The notes beneath the pieces were generated by a model that ran no database searches, was not told the origin of the DNA, and saw only the letters and a list, made by a program, of their open reading frames with translations. A stretch of DNA of 64,000 nucleotides from Candidatus Latescibacterota bacterium. Its GTDB lineage: Bacteria > Latescibacterota > UBA2968. The position numbers and the translations under genes were made by a program. Position 1 is the first letter of the stretch, and each line of letters starts with the position of its first letter. The stretch spans positions 2,272,001 to 2,336,000 of the forward strand of contig OZ242195.1 of the NCBI GenBank assembly GCA_965205975.1. The letters run 5' to 3'. Below are positions 19,504-29,939 of the stretch, one piece after another.

Positions 19504-20360
19504 TGGATAGAATACAAAATTTGGTAAACAAAATGTACTCAGTAGTTCTCGCATTGTTTTGTTATACGACCCTGCTGACCGTGGAAGTCTCCGCACAGGT
19601 GGTGATCAACGAAGTGATGGCACGACCTGTCAATGGATCAGAGTGGGTCGAGCTGTACAATCGCTCGTCAGACGCAGTTCATCTATCCGGGTGGACGCTA
19701 TCCGATTTGCGAACAACGGGACAATTTAAAGCAAGTGCAGTTATTGGTGGCGGAGGATATGTGATCGTCGCAGAAGATGCAGATGCTATTGGTCTGCAAT
19801 TCCCCAACCTCGATGTTCCCATATTGTCGCTTACCCGCTGGCCCCGGCTAAATAATGGAGGCGATGGCCTCATTTTGCGCGATGCGATGGCAACACTTGT
19901 CGATAGCATCTTTTATCCAGCACAAGAGGCTTCTATAAGTCTGGAACGCATTGATCTCACTGTAGCAGGTGATCAGGACAACTGGCTCGACAGCCAGGAT
20001 CCGCGGGGGGCGACCCCTGGGGCTGCAAATAGCGTTCAGTTTAACGACGACATAGCGGAGTTATCTGTGGCGGTTGCCCCCAATCCCTTTGTCGATCAAG
20101 TCGCCATTACATATCGGGTGCCCTCCCCCAGACTCCACGCAAATTTGTGGGTGTTTGATCGCACGGGGAGGCGCGTGGCATCCTTACTTGAAAGTGTTGG
20201 AAGTGGCAGTCAGCGCGTTGTAAATTGGGATGGGAGCAACGATAATGGACAAATTTTGAAGCCCGGTATTTATGTTATCTACCTGGAAGTTGGCACGCCA
20301 GAAGGCAAATTATTCCGCACCCGAAAGCCTGTGGTGCTGGCAAGAGGAATCAGTCAATAA
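19503..20360 (+). CDS. secreted lamin-tail domain + FlgD-Ig domain protein
   Basis: Signal peptide, VVINEVM...EWVELYN, LNNGGD, TPGAANS, then PNPF...WDG.N..G..L.PGIY. Confidence 0.8.
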   Translation: MDRIQNLVNKMYSVVLALFCYTTLLTVEVSAQVVINEVMARPVNGSEWVELYNRSSDAVHLSGWTLSDLRTTGQFKASAVIGGGGYVIVAEDADAIGLQFPNLDVPILSLTRWPRLNNGGDGLILRDAMATLVDSIFYPAQEASISLERIDLTVAGDQDNWLDSQDPRGATPGAANSVQFNDDIAELSVAVAPNPFVDQVAITYRVPSPRLHANLWVFDRTGRRVASLLESVGSGSQRVVNWDGSNDNGQILKPGIYVIYLEVGTPEGKLFRTRKPVVLARGISQ

Positions 20361-20415
20361 AACCGATGTCCCCACATCGGATATATTCTCCCCTTTGATG
20401 CTGTGAGGAACGGAT

Positions 20416-22938
20416 ATGGAACAGTCATCGAAGGCATTACCTGAGACACAAAAAGATCGGCTAGCATTACCCTTTCAAATTTTAGGTGTGTGCTTGATTG
20501 CTATCGCACTATTGATGGCTTTGAGCTTGCTATCGCACTCGCCAGAGGACCCGCCCAATTCGACGCGCCCCAACGAGTTGGCACAAAATCTGGTCGGATG
20601 GCTCGGCGCACACGTCTCCTACCACTTGCTATTTAGCGTGGGCTATGGTGCTTACGCACTGATAGTGTTGGCAGTTGTGTGGGGATGGAACCACCTCAGG
20701 ATGTCGAGCGTCAGATCGCTTGTGATGTACAGTGTCATCCTGTTTTCACTAATGGTGATCTACTGTGGCGCGACAGGCGTGCTTTTTTGGGAGAGGCCCA
20801 CAATGGCCTGGAAATTGGGAGGTTGGCTGGGCTTTATGCTATCGTCTTCCCTGCTGGTCCCCTATTTAGGTGCTGTTGGTTCTTATATTTCTTTGGTAAC
20901 GCTATTTGTGGTGTTGTTAATGGTTGCCACCGATAGTCCGTTTAACCGAATTCCCGAATGGACTTTTTTCAAAAAGCGTGAGGAGAAATCCGACAATAAC
21001 GGGATACCGCCCGAAGCGGTACAAGTTGAGGATACCGATCAAATCGAGGACACCGATCAAAAAAAAAATATAATTGAAGAAGAAATTGTTGCCGATCCCA
21101 TTTTAAATAATTGGGAAAAGGATGAATTGACCGAGGTACCCAAATCCGATATCTCCGATGACATTGATGAATTATTAGAGAAGCACACAAGAGAGACAGT
21201 TGCTGACCCCATTCCAGATATAGCACAGGTTGAGAAAGAAGAAGACGAATTGGTCGAGGTGCCCAAACCTGAGATCGCCGATGACAAGTCAGAAAAGCGC
21301 GAAGAAAAAGAAGAGATTGTTGCTGACCCTATTCCAGATGTGGCACGGGTTGAGCGGGAAGAAGACAAATTACCTGAGGTGGAATTTGAAATAGTAGATG
21401 AAACGCCAGAGCCAGAACCAGAACCTGTTCCGTCAAAACCCAAAAAGAAAAAGAAAATCGTGCGCAAGCGATCTTCGACATATCTGTTACCCAATTTGAA
21501 GCTGCTGGAAGATCCCCCTCCGGGTGATGGGATTATAGACCGCGAAACCCTGTTAAAAGGGGCACAGGCGTTGGAACAAAGCCTGAGCAATTTTGGCGTT
21601 CAGGGCAAAGTGGTACAAGTCAACCCTGGGCCTGTTATTACGACATACGAAGTTGCGCCTCCCCCAGGCGTGAAAGTCAGCAAAATTGTCGGTCTTGCAG
21701 ACGATCTCGCCCTCGTGATGAAAGCGCAGAGCATTCGCATTCAGGCTCCCATTCCCGGCAAGGCTGCGGTTGGTATTGAAGTGCCCAATCCAGAACCTTA
21801 TACAGTCTTATTAAAAGAAATTTTGGAATCGCGCGCATTTGAGCAGTCCGATTCAAAATTGATGCTCGGGTTCGGCAAAACTGCTTCGGGTGACCCCTAT
21901 TGTGCCGATCTGGCAAAAATGCCGCATTTGTTAATTGCCGGCGCGACCGGGGCTGGTAAATCGGGGTGTATCAATGCGTTGATTTCCAGTATTTTGTTCC
22001 GCTGCACGCCAGAAGAAGTGCGTTTTATTATGGTGGATCCCAAAATGCTGGAATTATCAATTTACAACGATATTCCACATCTCTTAGCCCCTGTTGTCGT
22101 CGATCCCAAAATGGCGTCGGGTGCGCTCAAGTGGGCGGTGTCAGAGATGGAAAACCGATATCGCACGATGGCGCAGTTTACAGCGCGCAATATTACTGAT
22201 TTTAATGCCAAGATGGCGCGGCTGCGACAGGAAGCACCCACCGAGGAAGACCGCGACGAGATTCCCGATGCCTTGCCCTATATTGTCGTGGTGATCGATG
22301 AATTGGCCGATTTGATGATGACTGCACCGAGCGATATTGAAAGCTCACTGGCGCGATTGGCACAAATGGCCCGCGCTGTGGGTATCCATCTCATCATTGC
22401 AACCCAGCGTCCTTCAGTAAATGTGATTACTGGTACAATCAAAGCCAATTTCCCAACGCGTATTGCATTTCGCGTGGCGTCCAAGGTCGATTCGCGCACG
22501 ATTATTGACGCCAATGGCGGTGAAAAACTCCTGGGTCGAGGTGATATGCTATTCTTGCCTCCTGGACAACCAGAACCCATTCGCCTTCACGGGGCGTGGA
22601 TCGATACTGAAGAAACCGAACAATTAGTGGCCTGGGTGCGCGATCAGGGCGTCGAACTCGATGGCGTTGAATTTGAGGGTGAAAATAGCGATCTTTCTGT
22701 TGCAGATAACGAGCGCGATGCCCGGTTTGACGAGGCATTGCGATTGGTGGTTATTCATCAACAGGGTTCCGCTTCTCTCCTGCAGCGCCGGATGAAGGTG
22801 GGCTACTCGCGGGCCGCCCGCCTTGTTGACGAACTCGAAGCCGCCGGGATTGTTGGTCCGCCCAATGGGTCGAGCAAGGGGCGCGAAGTCCTCGTTGACG
22901 AAGATTATTTAGAGGAACTCGAGGAGTTAGATGTATGA
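20416..22938 (+). CDS. ftsK: DNA translocase FtsK
   Basis: N-terminal 4TM domain, acidic linker, PHLLIAGATGAGKS, IDELADLM, ATQRPS and a gamma domain (SLLQRRMKVGYSRAARL). Confidence 0.97.
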   Translation: MEQSSKALPETQKDRLALPFQILGVCLIAIALLMALSLLSHSPEDPPNSTRPNELAQNLVGWLGAHVSYHLLFSVGYGAYALIVLAVVWGWNHLRMSSVRSLVMYSVILFSLMVIYCGATGVLFWERPTMAWKLGGWLGFMLSSSLLVPYLGAVGSYISLVTLFVVLLMVATDSPFNRIPEWTFFKKREEKSDNNGIPPEAVQVEDTDQIEDTDQKKNIIEEEIVADPILNNWEKDELTEVPKSDISDDIDELLEKHTRETVADPIPDIAQVEKEEDELVEVPKPEIADDKSEKREEKEEIVADPIPDVARVEREEDKLPEVEFEIVDETPEPEPEPVPSKPKKKKKIVRKRSSTYLLPNLKLLEDPPPGDGIIDRETLLKGAQALEQSLSNFGVQGKVVQVNPGPVITTYEVAPPPGVKVSKIVGLADDLALVMKAQSIRIQAPIPGKAAVGIEVPNPEPYTVLLKEILESRAFEQSDSKLMLGFGKTASGDPYCADLAKMPHLLIAGATGAGKSGCINALISSILFRCTPEEVRFIMVDPKMLELSIYNDIPHLLAPVVVDPKMASGALKWAVSEMENRYRTMAQFTARNITDFNAKMARLRQEAPTEEDRDEIPDALPYIVVVIDELADLMMTAPSDIESSLARLAQMARAVGIHLIIATQRPSVNVITGTIKANFPTRIAFRVASKVDSRTIIDANGGEKLLGRGDMLFLPPGQPEPIRLHGAWIDTEETEQLVAWVRDQGVELDGVEFEGENSDLSVADNERDARFDEALRLVVIHQQGSASLLQRRMKVGYSRAARLVDELEAAGIVGPPNGSSKGREVLVDEDYLEELEELDV
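21028..21400 (+). repeat. in-frame repeats in the FtsK linker
   Basis: An 18-nt tandem (GAGGAYACCGATCAAA..) x2 at 21028-21063, plus three degenerate units starting GTTGCYGAYCC at 21088, 21199 and 21319. Confidence 0.8.
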
Positions 22939-23615
22939 TGAGTGAAAAGTACCACAGGCGCAACCTGCATACGTTTCTCGCCATTCTCGGTATTTTATTT
23001 TACACGGGAACTGTGCAGGCCGATACGCGCGGCTCAGAGGTAGTCGAGAAATTGCAAAAAAAATTTGCGGATCTCGAGACGCTTTCCGCTCACTTTGTCA
23101 AGCAACACTACTGGCGCGTGATGGACCAGCACCAAGAAGTCAAAGGCAAGTTGCTGGTTCAGCGCCCCGATCAGTTTCGAATGGATTCGGATGTACAGGT
23201 AGTGGTGAGCGATGGCAAAACCGTGTGGCATTACGCGCCTGCCAATGCCCAGGTGCTGGTGAGCGATTACACCGCGATGGAAAATGATCGAAACTATGAA
23301 AAATTGTTATTTGATCTGATTTTTTGGGGTGGGTACGACGAAAATTATGTGCCTGTTTATGTGGGCGAAGAAAAGATACATCGCAAAACGTGTTACGCGG
23401 TTGATCTATTGGCAAAAAAAGAAGATACGTATATCCATAAAATTCGCCTGTGGATAGACAAACGCCTCTATCTGGTACGGCAGGTAGAATATCGCAATAT
23501 CCACGAAGATGTGACAACATTTGTGTTGTCGGACTTAAAAGTCAATAAAAAAGCCAGGCCCGATCAATTTACATTTCACATACCCAGCGGAGTGGAATTG
23601 ATCGATTTGCGTTGA
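22935..23615 (+). CDS. lolA: outer-membrane lipoprotein carrier LolA
   Basis: Signal peptide, AHFVKQ, QRPDQFR, VSDGKTVWHY and C-terminal FTF.IP.GVE.ID. Conserved position after ftsK. Confidence 0.85.
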   Translation: MMSEKYHRRNLHTFLAILGILFYTGTVQADTRGSEVVEKLQKKFADLETLSAHFVKQHYWRVMDQHQEVKGKLLVQRPDQFRMDSDVQVVVSDGKTVWHYAPANAQVLVSDYTAMENDRNYEKLLFDLIFWGGYDENYVPVYVGEEKIHRKTCYAVDLLAKKEDTYIHKIRLWIDKRLYLVRQVEYRNIHEDVTTFVLSDLKVNKKARPDQFTFHIPSGVELIDLR

Positions 23616-23651
23616 TATGTCGTTATGAATACAATGGGAAAGGAACAAATA

Positions 23652-24768
23652 ATGGCTGTGGAAATTCAGGTGCGCGAACTACAAGACGCACTATCCGATT
23701 ATATCGCACGCGTGGATAAGCTCGGGAGGTATCTTTGACCTCGATCAAAGACGGGTCAAAATTGCCGAATTTGAAAAACTAATGGAAGCACCAGATTTCT
23801 GGAATGACCGCGAAAATGCACAGCAGATTATCGATGCCTGCAATGCGGAGAAATACTGGGTTGAAAGTTGGGAAAATTTAAATGCACAAGCGGACGATCT
23901 GGACGTGCTTTTTCAATTGGCATACGAAGAAGGCGATGCCGAATCTCTATCGGAAGTCGCCGCCGAATTGCCCGATGTTGGCGCAGCTTTAGACGCACTT
24001 GAATTGCAGCACATGTTGGGCGATCGAGAAGATCGCAATGACGCGATATTGACCATTCACCCAGGTGCTGGGGGTACTGAAGCGGCAGATTGGGCGCAAA
24101 TGTTGATGCGTATGTACACGCGATGGGCAGAGCGGCGCGGGTTTCAAACCAATGTCCTGGATACGCTTCCAGGCGAAACAGCAGGGATTAAGAGTGCGAC
24201 AATTGAAGTGAAGGGCGATTACGCTTTTGGCTATCTCAAGTCCGAATCAGGCGTACACAGATTGGTGCGAATTTCGCCTTATGATTCCAACAATCGTCGC
24301 CACACATCATTTGCATCTGTTTTTGTCTATCCCGACGCCGAAGGCGATATCGAGGTGGAGATTAATCCCAATGATTTGAAAGTAGATACCTATCGCGCTG
24401 GGGGTGCCGGAGGACAACACGTGAACAAAACCGATTCAGCAGTGCGTATTACCCACGAACCCACGGGGATTGTGGTGCAATGCCAGAACGAGCGTTCTCA
24501 GCACAAGAACCGCAATACGGCCCTGAAAATTCTCAAGGCGCGATTGTATCAACACATGCGGGAAGAAGAAGACAAAAAGCGTGCCGAACTCGAAAGCACC
24601 AAAAAGCGCATTGAATGGGGTAGTCAAATCCGCAATTACGTTTTCCAGCCCTATCAGATGGTAAAAGACGCGCGAACAGGCTTTGAGACATCGGATGTTT
24701 CGGGAGTTATAGATGGCGATCTCGACCCGTTTATCCGCGCGTATTTACTGACGTCGGACTCCACGTGA
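23652..24768 (+). CDS. prfB: peptide chain release factor 2, with programmed +1 frameshift
   Basis: ATG 23652 reads 28 codons to CTT TGA C (23733-23739). The +1 frame continues into the ORF with GAGGTE, SPY and GGQ motifs. Confidence 0.97.
23724..23739 (+). promoter_or_regulatory. prfB +1 frameshift site
   Basis: GGGAGG-TAT-CTT-TGA-C: internal SD followed by the canonical slippery site. Confidence 0.95.
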
Positions 24769-24806
24769 ACTGAGTTTTAAGCGGTGATCGCAAGTGGGCA
24801 ACGCGC

Positions 24807-24835
24807 TTGACTTGAATATACATATTGGTTATAGT
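24807..24835 (+). promoter_or_regulatory. sigma70-type promoter of lysS
   Basis: TTGACT-17 nt-TATAGT. Confidence 0.55.
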
Positions 24836-24894
24836 TTTATGACCTTCATAACGTTTAATCTTATAGATATTAGAGGGGTTGGGAGGCTTCTGTC

Positions 24895-26427
24895 TTGACT
24901 CGGGTTGTGGGACAAACGCCAGAATCTCAATTAATCGAACAGCGCCTGCAAAAACTCGACACCATTCGGGATTTGGGCATTGAGCCTTATCCGTATCGCT
25001 TTGAGCCTACGCACTATTCTGTGGATATTGTCGCGTCTTTTGATGCACTGAGCGCATCGGACGACGAGGTGCGGGTTGCCGGTCGATTGATTGTTACGCG
25101 TGGTCATGGAAAAGCGGCCTTTGCCGATTTGCGGGATGCCGTGGGCCGGCTTCAAATTTATGTGCGGCTCGACAATGTTGGCGATGATGCTTTCGCGCTG
25201 TGGAAATTGCTGGATATCGGTGATTTTATCGGCGTATCTGGCCCGGTTTTTAAGACCCGCACGGGGCAAATATCCGTTCAAGTACAAACGATCGTGTTGT
25301 TGACCAAAGCCATTCGTCCGCTGCCCGTCCCAAAAGAAGAAATACGCGATGGCAAGCGCGTTGTACACGATCAATTTAGCGACAAAGAACTGAGATATCG
25401 CCGTCGTTATCTGGACCTGGCGCTTAACCCCGATGTGCAGGCGGTGTTTCGCAAGCGTAGCGCAGTCGTATCTGCAATGCGCGAGTTTTTAGATGCACGC
25501 GGTTTTCTCGAAGTCGAGACACCGGTGTTGCAGCCGCTCTACGGAGGGGCTTCAGCCCGTCCTTTTGTCACACATCACAACGTGCTGGACATGCCGCTGT
25601 ATCTGCGGATATCCGATGAATTATATCTCAAGCGCTTGATCGTAGGCGGGCTTGAGCGAGTTTATGAGATCGGCAAAAATTTTCGCAATGAAGGCATTGA
25701 CCGAACTCATAACCCCGAGTTTTCGATGCTCGAATTGTATCAGGCTTATGCCGATTACTCAGATATGATGGCAATAGCCGAGACACTCTACGCCTTTGTG
25801 GCCGAAAAGGTGAATGGTGCAACAACACTCGAATATCAGGGACAAAAAATTGATCTTACCCCTCCCTGGCCGCGCATTCCCATGCTCGACGCCATCGAAA
25901 AATACGGCGGTATCAATGTGGCGCGTTCCTCAGATACCGACCTGCGTGCTGCATGCAATCGCTTTGATTCCGATATCGAACCGAATGCAGAGCGAGGTTT
26001 GTTGATCAACGCATTGTTCGAAGCGTGTGTCGAGCCTGAATTGATTCAACCGACCTTTATTACCGACTACCCCATTGCAGTGTCTCCCCTGGCCAAACGC
26101 CATCGGACCGAAAAAGGCCTCACCGAGCGGTTTGAAATTTTTATCAATGGTTGGGAAGCGGCCAATGCATTTTCGGAGTTAAACGATCCGATTGATCAGC
26201 GGCAACGGTTCGCCCATCAAAAAACCTTGCGCGATCGAGGCGACGACGAGGCACAAGTTCTCGACGAAGATTTTTTAATGGCACTGGAACACGGGATGCC
26301 GCCGACGGGTGGGTTGGGCATTGGTGTTGACCGGATGGTCATGTTGCTCGCAGACGCGCCTTCGATTCGAGACGCAATTCTGTTTCCGCACATGCGCCCA
26401 AAAGAGGGCCTTAACGACCATGAATAA
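24895..26427 (+). CDS. lysS: lysine--tRNA ligase (class II)
   Basis: OB-fold, RYRRRYLDL, EVETP, FRNEGID.THNPEF, ELNDP and GMPPTGG.GIG.DR. Confidence 0.98.
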   Translation: MTRVVGQTPESQLIEQRLQKLDTIRDLGIEPYPYRFEPTHYSVDIVASFDALSASDDEVRVAGRLIVTRGHGKAAFADLRDAVGRLQIYVRLDNVGDDAFALWKLLDIGDFIGVSGPVFKTRTGQISVQVQTIVLLTKAIRPLPVPKEEIRDGKRVVHDQFSDKELRYRRRYLDLALNPDVQAVFRKRSAVVSAMREFLDARGFLEVETPVLQPLYGGASARPFVTHHNVLDMPLYLRISDELYLKRLIVGGLERVYEIGKNFRNEGIDRTHNPEFSMLELYQAYADYSDMMAIAETLYAFVAEKVNGATTLEYQGQKIDLTPPWPRIPMLDAIEKYGGINVARSSDTDLRAACNRFDSDIEPNAERGLLINALFEACVEPELIQPTFITDYPIAVSPLAKRHRTEKGLTERFEIFINGWEAANAFSELNDPIDQRQRFAHQKTLRDRGDDEAQVLDEDFLMALEHGMPPTGGLGIGVDRMVMLLADAPSIRDAILFPHMRPKEGLNDHE

Positions 26428-27094
26428 GTTGCTTCGCGCAACAGGTATTTGCAAGCACTATGTCATGGGGGATACCCACATTGAGGTACTCAAAGGTGTT
26501 GACCTCAGAGTTGTTCGCGGCGAAATTGTAGCAGTGGTTGGGGCTTCCGGTGTTGGAAAAAGTACTTTGTTGCACATTATGGGCGGGTTAGACCATCCGG
26601 TTTCAGGGACGGTTGTCATCGATGGCGTCGATATATTTGCCCTTTCAGATACTGATCGCGCCAAATTTCGCAACCGTCAGATTGGGTTTGTTTTTCAGTT
26701 TCACCACTTATTGCGCGATTTTACCGCGCTTGAAAACGTGATGATGCCCCTGATGATTGCCGGGGTTTCGCCCGATGAAGCGCGAGCACCTGCGCAAAAA
26801 CTGCTACGGGATGTGGGTCTGGAAAAACGGCTTGCACATTTGCCTTCCGAACTTTCTGGCGGGGAAGCACAGCGCGTTGCTGTTGCGCGGGCATTGGTGA
26901 CACAACCCGCTGTTGTTCTGGCTGACGAACCTTCTGGTAATCTTGATGTCGCGCGCAGTGCAGAGCTTCACGCACTAATATGGGAACTTGCCAGAACCCG
27001 ACATCAAACGTGCATTATTGTAACACACGACCAGCATTTGGCCGCTCGCGCTGATCGGGTGGTCGAGATGGAAGACGGTCGTCTCGTTGCTTAA
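26420..27094 (+). CDS. lolD: LolD-like ABC ATP-binding protein
   Basis: GASGVGKST, GFVFQFHHLL, LSGGEAQR and ADEPSGNLD. ATG 26420 overlaps the end of lysS. Confidence 0.85.
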   Translation: MNKLLRATGICKHYVMGDTHIEVLKGVDLRVVRGEIVAVVGASGVGKSTLLHIMGGLDHPVSGTVVIDGVDIFALSDTDRAKFRNRQIGFVFQFHHLLRDFTALENVMMPLMIAGVSPDEARAPAQKLLRDVGLEKRLAHLPSELSGGEAQRVAVARALVTQPAVVLADEPSGNLDVARSAELHALIWELARTRHQTCIIVTHDQHLAARADRVVEMEDGRLVA

Positions 27095-27127
27095 ATAACA
27101 AAGCATGTGGGACCAAAAGAAACTGTG

Positions 27128-27156
27128 TTGAGTTTTCCTTTATAAACTGTTATACT
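27128..27156 (+). promoter_or_regulatory. sigma70-type promoter of clpC
   Basis: TTGAGT-17 nt-TATACT. Confidence 0.5.
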
Positions 27157-27209
27157 GGGAATCAACATCACGCTTCGTCAGATTTCTCGTTAGGCAAGAG
27201 GAGTATTCG

Positions 27210-29801
27210 ATGAATAGTATGTTTTCAGACCAGGTAAAGCAGGTCATGCAACTCGCTCGCGAAGAGGCAGCGCGCCTGGGACACAATTACATCGGTACCG
27301 AGCATTTGCTGCTGGGCATCATACGCGGGGGTAAAAGTACGGCCGTTCAGGTGTTGACAAATCTAAATTTAAATCTCGAAAGTATCAAGCAATCCATTGA
27401 CGATTTTGTCGCTTCTTCTGGCAGTTCAATGACGATGGGTGAAGTGCCTTTTACGCCCCGTGCAAAGCAAATTCTCGAAATCGCTGCCAATGAAGCCAAA
27501 GAAATGAAAAGCCGAGTCGTGAGAACCAGCCATCTGCTGTTGGCACTATTAAAAGATAAAGACGGGGTTGCCGCACAGATTTTGGTCACATTCGGCGTAG
27601 ATCACAGAACCGCTAAGGAGGAGGTGATTGCCGTTTTGCAGGGAAAATCTTCGTCGGGTAGGCGCGAAAAAAGAAAAAGCAAAACGCCTTTCCTCGATCA
27701 TTTCGGACGCGATTTAACCGATCTGGCGCGGCAGGGCAAATTGGATCCGACTATCGGTCGCGATCGCGAAATCGAACGGGTTTCACAGGTGCTGGCCAGA
27801 CGTAAAAAGAACAACCCGGTGCTGGTAGGCGAACCCGGTGTGGGCAAAACTCAGATCATCGAAGGATTGGCACAGCGCATTGTGGAACGGCGAGTCCCAC
27901 AAATTTTGCTGGACAAGCGCGTGGTCACGCTCGATATGGGTGGCATTGTCGCCGGTACAAAATATCGAGGGCAGTTTGAAGAGCGTCTTAAAGCCGTGAT
28001 GAATGAACTGCAACAAAGTCAGAATGTGATCATTTTTATCGATGAGTTGCACACTATTGTCGGCGCCGGCAGTGCCGAGGGTACGCTCGATGCTTCTAAT
28101 ATGTTTAAGCCCTCTCTCTCCCGCGGCGAATTGCAGTGCATTGGTGCAACAACCTTAGACGAATATCGAAAATATATTGAAAAGGATGGCGCGCTTGAGC
28201 GACGGTTCCAGACGATTGTGGTCGATGCGCCTTCAGTGGATGAAACCATTGAAATCCTCAAGGGACTAAAAGACAGTTATGAAACACATCACAAAGTGTC
28301 TTTTTTACCCGAATCTATCGAAGCAGCGGCGCAAATGGCCGACCGCTATATCAGCGATCGGCACTTGCCCGACAAGGCCATTGATGTGATCGATGAAACG
28401 GGAGCGCGGGTGCGATTGTCCCGTCTCAACCCCCCCGAAGAGATCAAAGAAATCGAGATGGCTATTGGCGAGATTACGAGAAAAAAAGATATAGCTGCCG
28501 AAAATCAGCAATTTGAAGAGGCGGCCAGCTTGCGCGACCGCGAGCGAGAACTCAAAAGCGAACTCGAAAATATGCGCCAGGCGTGGGAAGTACAGGTAAC
28601 AGATGATGTGGTAGATGTGACAGAAGAACACATTGCCGAAGTGATTTCGAGCATGACGGGCATTCCCGTGTTTCGGCTGGCACAGGCCGAGTCCGAAAGA
28701 CTGATCAACATGGCGTCCGAGTTACAAAAGCGCGTGATCGGTCAAGAAGAAGCTGTTTCTACGGTGTGTCGCTCCATTCGGCGCACGCGCGCAGGTCTCA
28801 AAGATCCCAATCGCCCAATCGGCACGTTTTTGTTTCTGGGTCCCACGGGTATTGGCAAAACGTATTTGGCGCAAGCACTGGCACAGTATCTGTTTGACGA
28901 TGAAGACGCTCTCGTAACCGTAGATATGTCGGAATATATGGAGAAATTTGCGGTATCTCGGCTCGTGGGTGCACCACCTGGTTATGTGGGATACGACGAG
29001 GGCGGACAGCTAACGGAAAAAGTGCGCCGGCGTCCCTATTCGGTGGTTTTGCTCGATGAAATTGAAAAAGCTCATCCCGATGTGTTCAATATCCTCTTGC
29101 AGGTATTGGATGAAGGGCGTTTGACAGATAGCTTTGGGCGCAAGGTAAATTTCAAAAATACCATTTTGATTATGACATCCAATCTGGGGACCAAAGATCT
29201 GCAAAATGCAGGTGGCTTGGGGTTTGGTCGATCAGATAAAAAATCAATTCGCGAAAAAATGGAAGAGCGCATCAACGAAGAGGTCAAAAAGACATTTAAT
29301 CCCGAGTTTATCAACCGCCTGGATGAAACGGTAATTTTCAATCCGCTGGATCGAAAGGAAATTATTCAGATCGTCGATATCGAGCTTGAAAAAATTCTCG
29401 CGCGCGTTGCAGAACGCGATATCGAGGTACGCCTCACACAAGGAGCCAAGAGCTTAATCGCCGAGAAAGGCTATGATCCGACTTATGGCGCGCGGCATCT
29501 GCGGCGCACCATTCAAAAGATGATTGAAGATCCCCTGGCCGAAGAGATCATTATGGGCCATTTTTCGGATGGATGCAGCGTTCGGGTGAGCAAAAAAGGC
29601 GATGCACTCAACTTTGAGGGACATTCTATCGCGAAAGAAGAACCGGAAGACACGGCCGAAGTGCAGATGAGTGAAAAAAACAATAATCTCAAATTCGCCG
29701 ATGAGAGCGAAGCCAGTGATCTCAGTAAGAAAGTAGGAGACCAGGACAAATCGGGAGATCCTGTCGGCGAAGAGGAAGTGGTAAACAAGGACAAAGCATG
29801 A
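27210..29801 (+). CDS. clpC: ATP-dependent Clp protease ATP-binding subunit ClpC
   Basis: Clp-N repeats, two AAA domains ([16 protein letters not shown]), UVR middle domain and an LGF ClpP-docking loop. Confidence 0.95.
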   Translation: MNSMFSDQVKQVMQLAREEAARLGHNYIGTEHLLLGIIRGGKSTAVQVLTNLNLNLESIKQSIDDFVASSGSSMTMGEVPFTPRAKQILEIAANEAKEMKSRVVRTSHLLLALLKDKDGVAAQILVTFGVDHRTAKEEVIAVLQGKSSSGRREKRKSKTPFLDHFGRDLTDLARQGKLDPTIGRDREIERVSQVLARRKKNNPVLVGEPGVGKTQIIEGLAQRIVERRVPQILLDKRVVTLDMGGIVAGTKYRGQFEERLKAVMNELQQSQNVIIFIDELHTIVGAGSAEGTLDASNMFKPSLSRGELQCIGATTLDEYRKYIEKDGALERRFQTIVVDAPSVDETIEILKGLKDSYETHHKVSFLPESIEAAAQMADRYISDRHLPDKAIDVIDETGARVRLSRLNPPEEIKEIEMAIGEITRKKDIAAENQQFEEAASLRDRERELKSELENMRQAWEVQVTDDVVDVTEEHIAEVISSMTGIPVFRLAQAESERLINMASELQKRVIGQEEAVSTVCRSIRRTRAGLKDPNRPIGTFLFLGPTGIGKTYLAQALAQYLFDDEDALVTVDMSEYMEKFAVSRLVGAPPGYVGYDEGGQLTEKVRRRPYSVVLLDEIEKAHPDVFNILLQVLDEGRLTDSFGRKVNFKNTILIMTSNLGTKDLQNAGGLGFGRSDKKSIREKMEERINEEVKKTFNPEFINRLDETVIFNPLDRKEIIQIVDIELEKILARVAERDIEVRLTQGAKSLIAEKGYDPTYGARHLRRTIQKMIEDPLAEEIIMGHFSDGCSVRVSKKGDALNFEGHSIAKEEPEDTAEVQMSEKNNNLKFADESEASDLSKKVGDQDKSGDPVGEEEVVNKDKA

Positions 29802-29823
29802 TCGTGAAGGTGCGGTCAATACC

Positions 29824-29855
29824 CAAACGGCCCGGACTCCCGTCCGGGCTGTTTG
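29824..29855 (+). terminator. hairpin / probable terminator
   Basis: CAAACGGCCCGGA-loop-TCCGGGCTGTTTG. Confidence 0.65.
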
Positions 29856-29939
29856 TCGTACGGTCGGAACATTTTTCCATGTTGGGCGTTTGAGGCTTAC
29901 AAAGTCCCAATAATCTGTTTTAGATAGGTATTTCGCAAC

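Noticed and set aside
24807..24835. AATAT-AC-ATATT in the lysS promoter spacer as a member of the LexA-like motif
   Set aside because: No GTTY half-site, and it is likely chance in AT-rich DNA.
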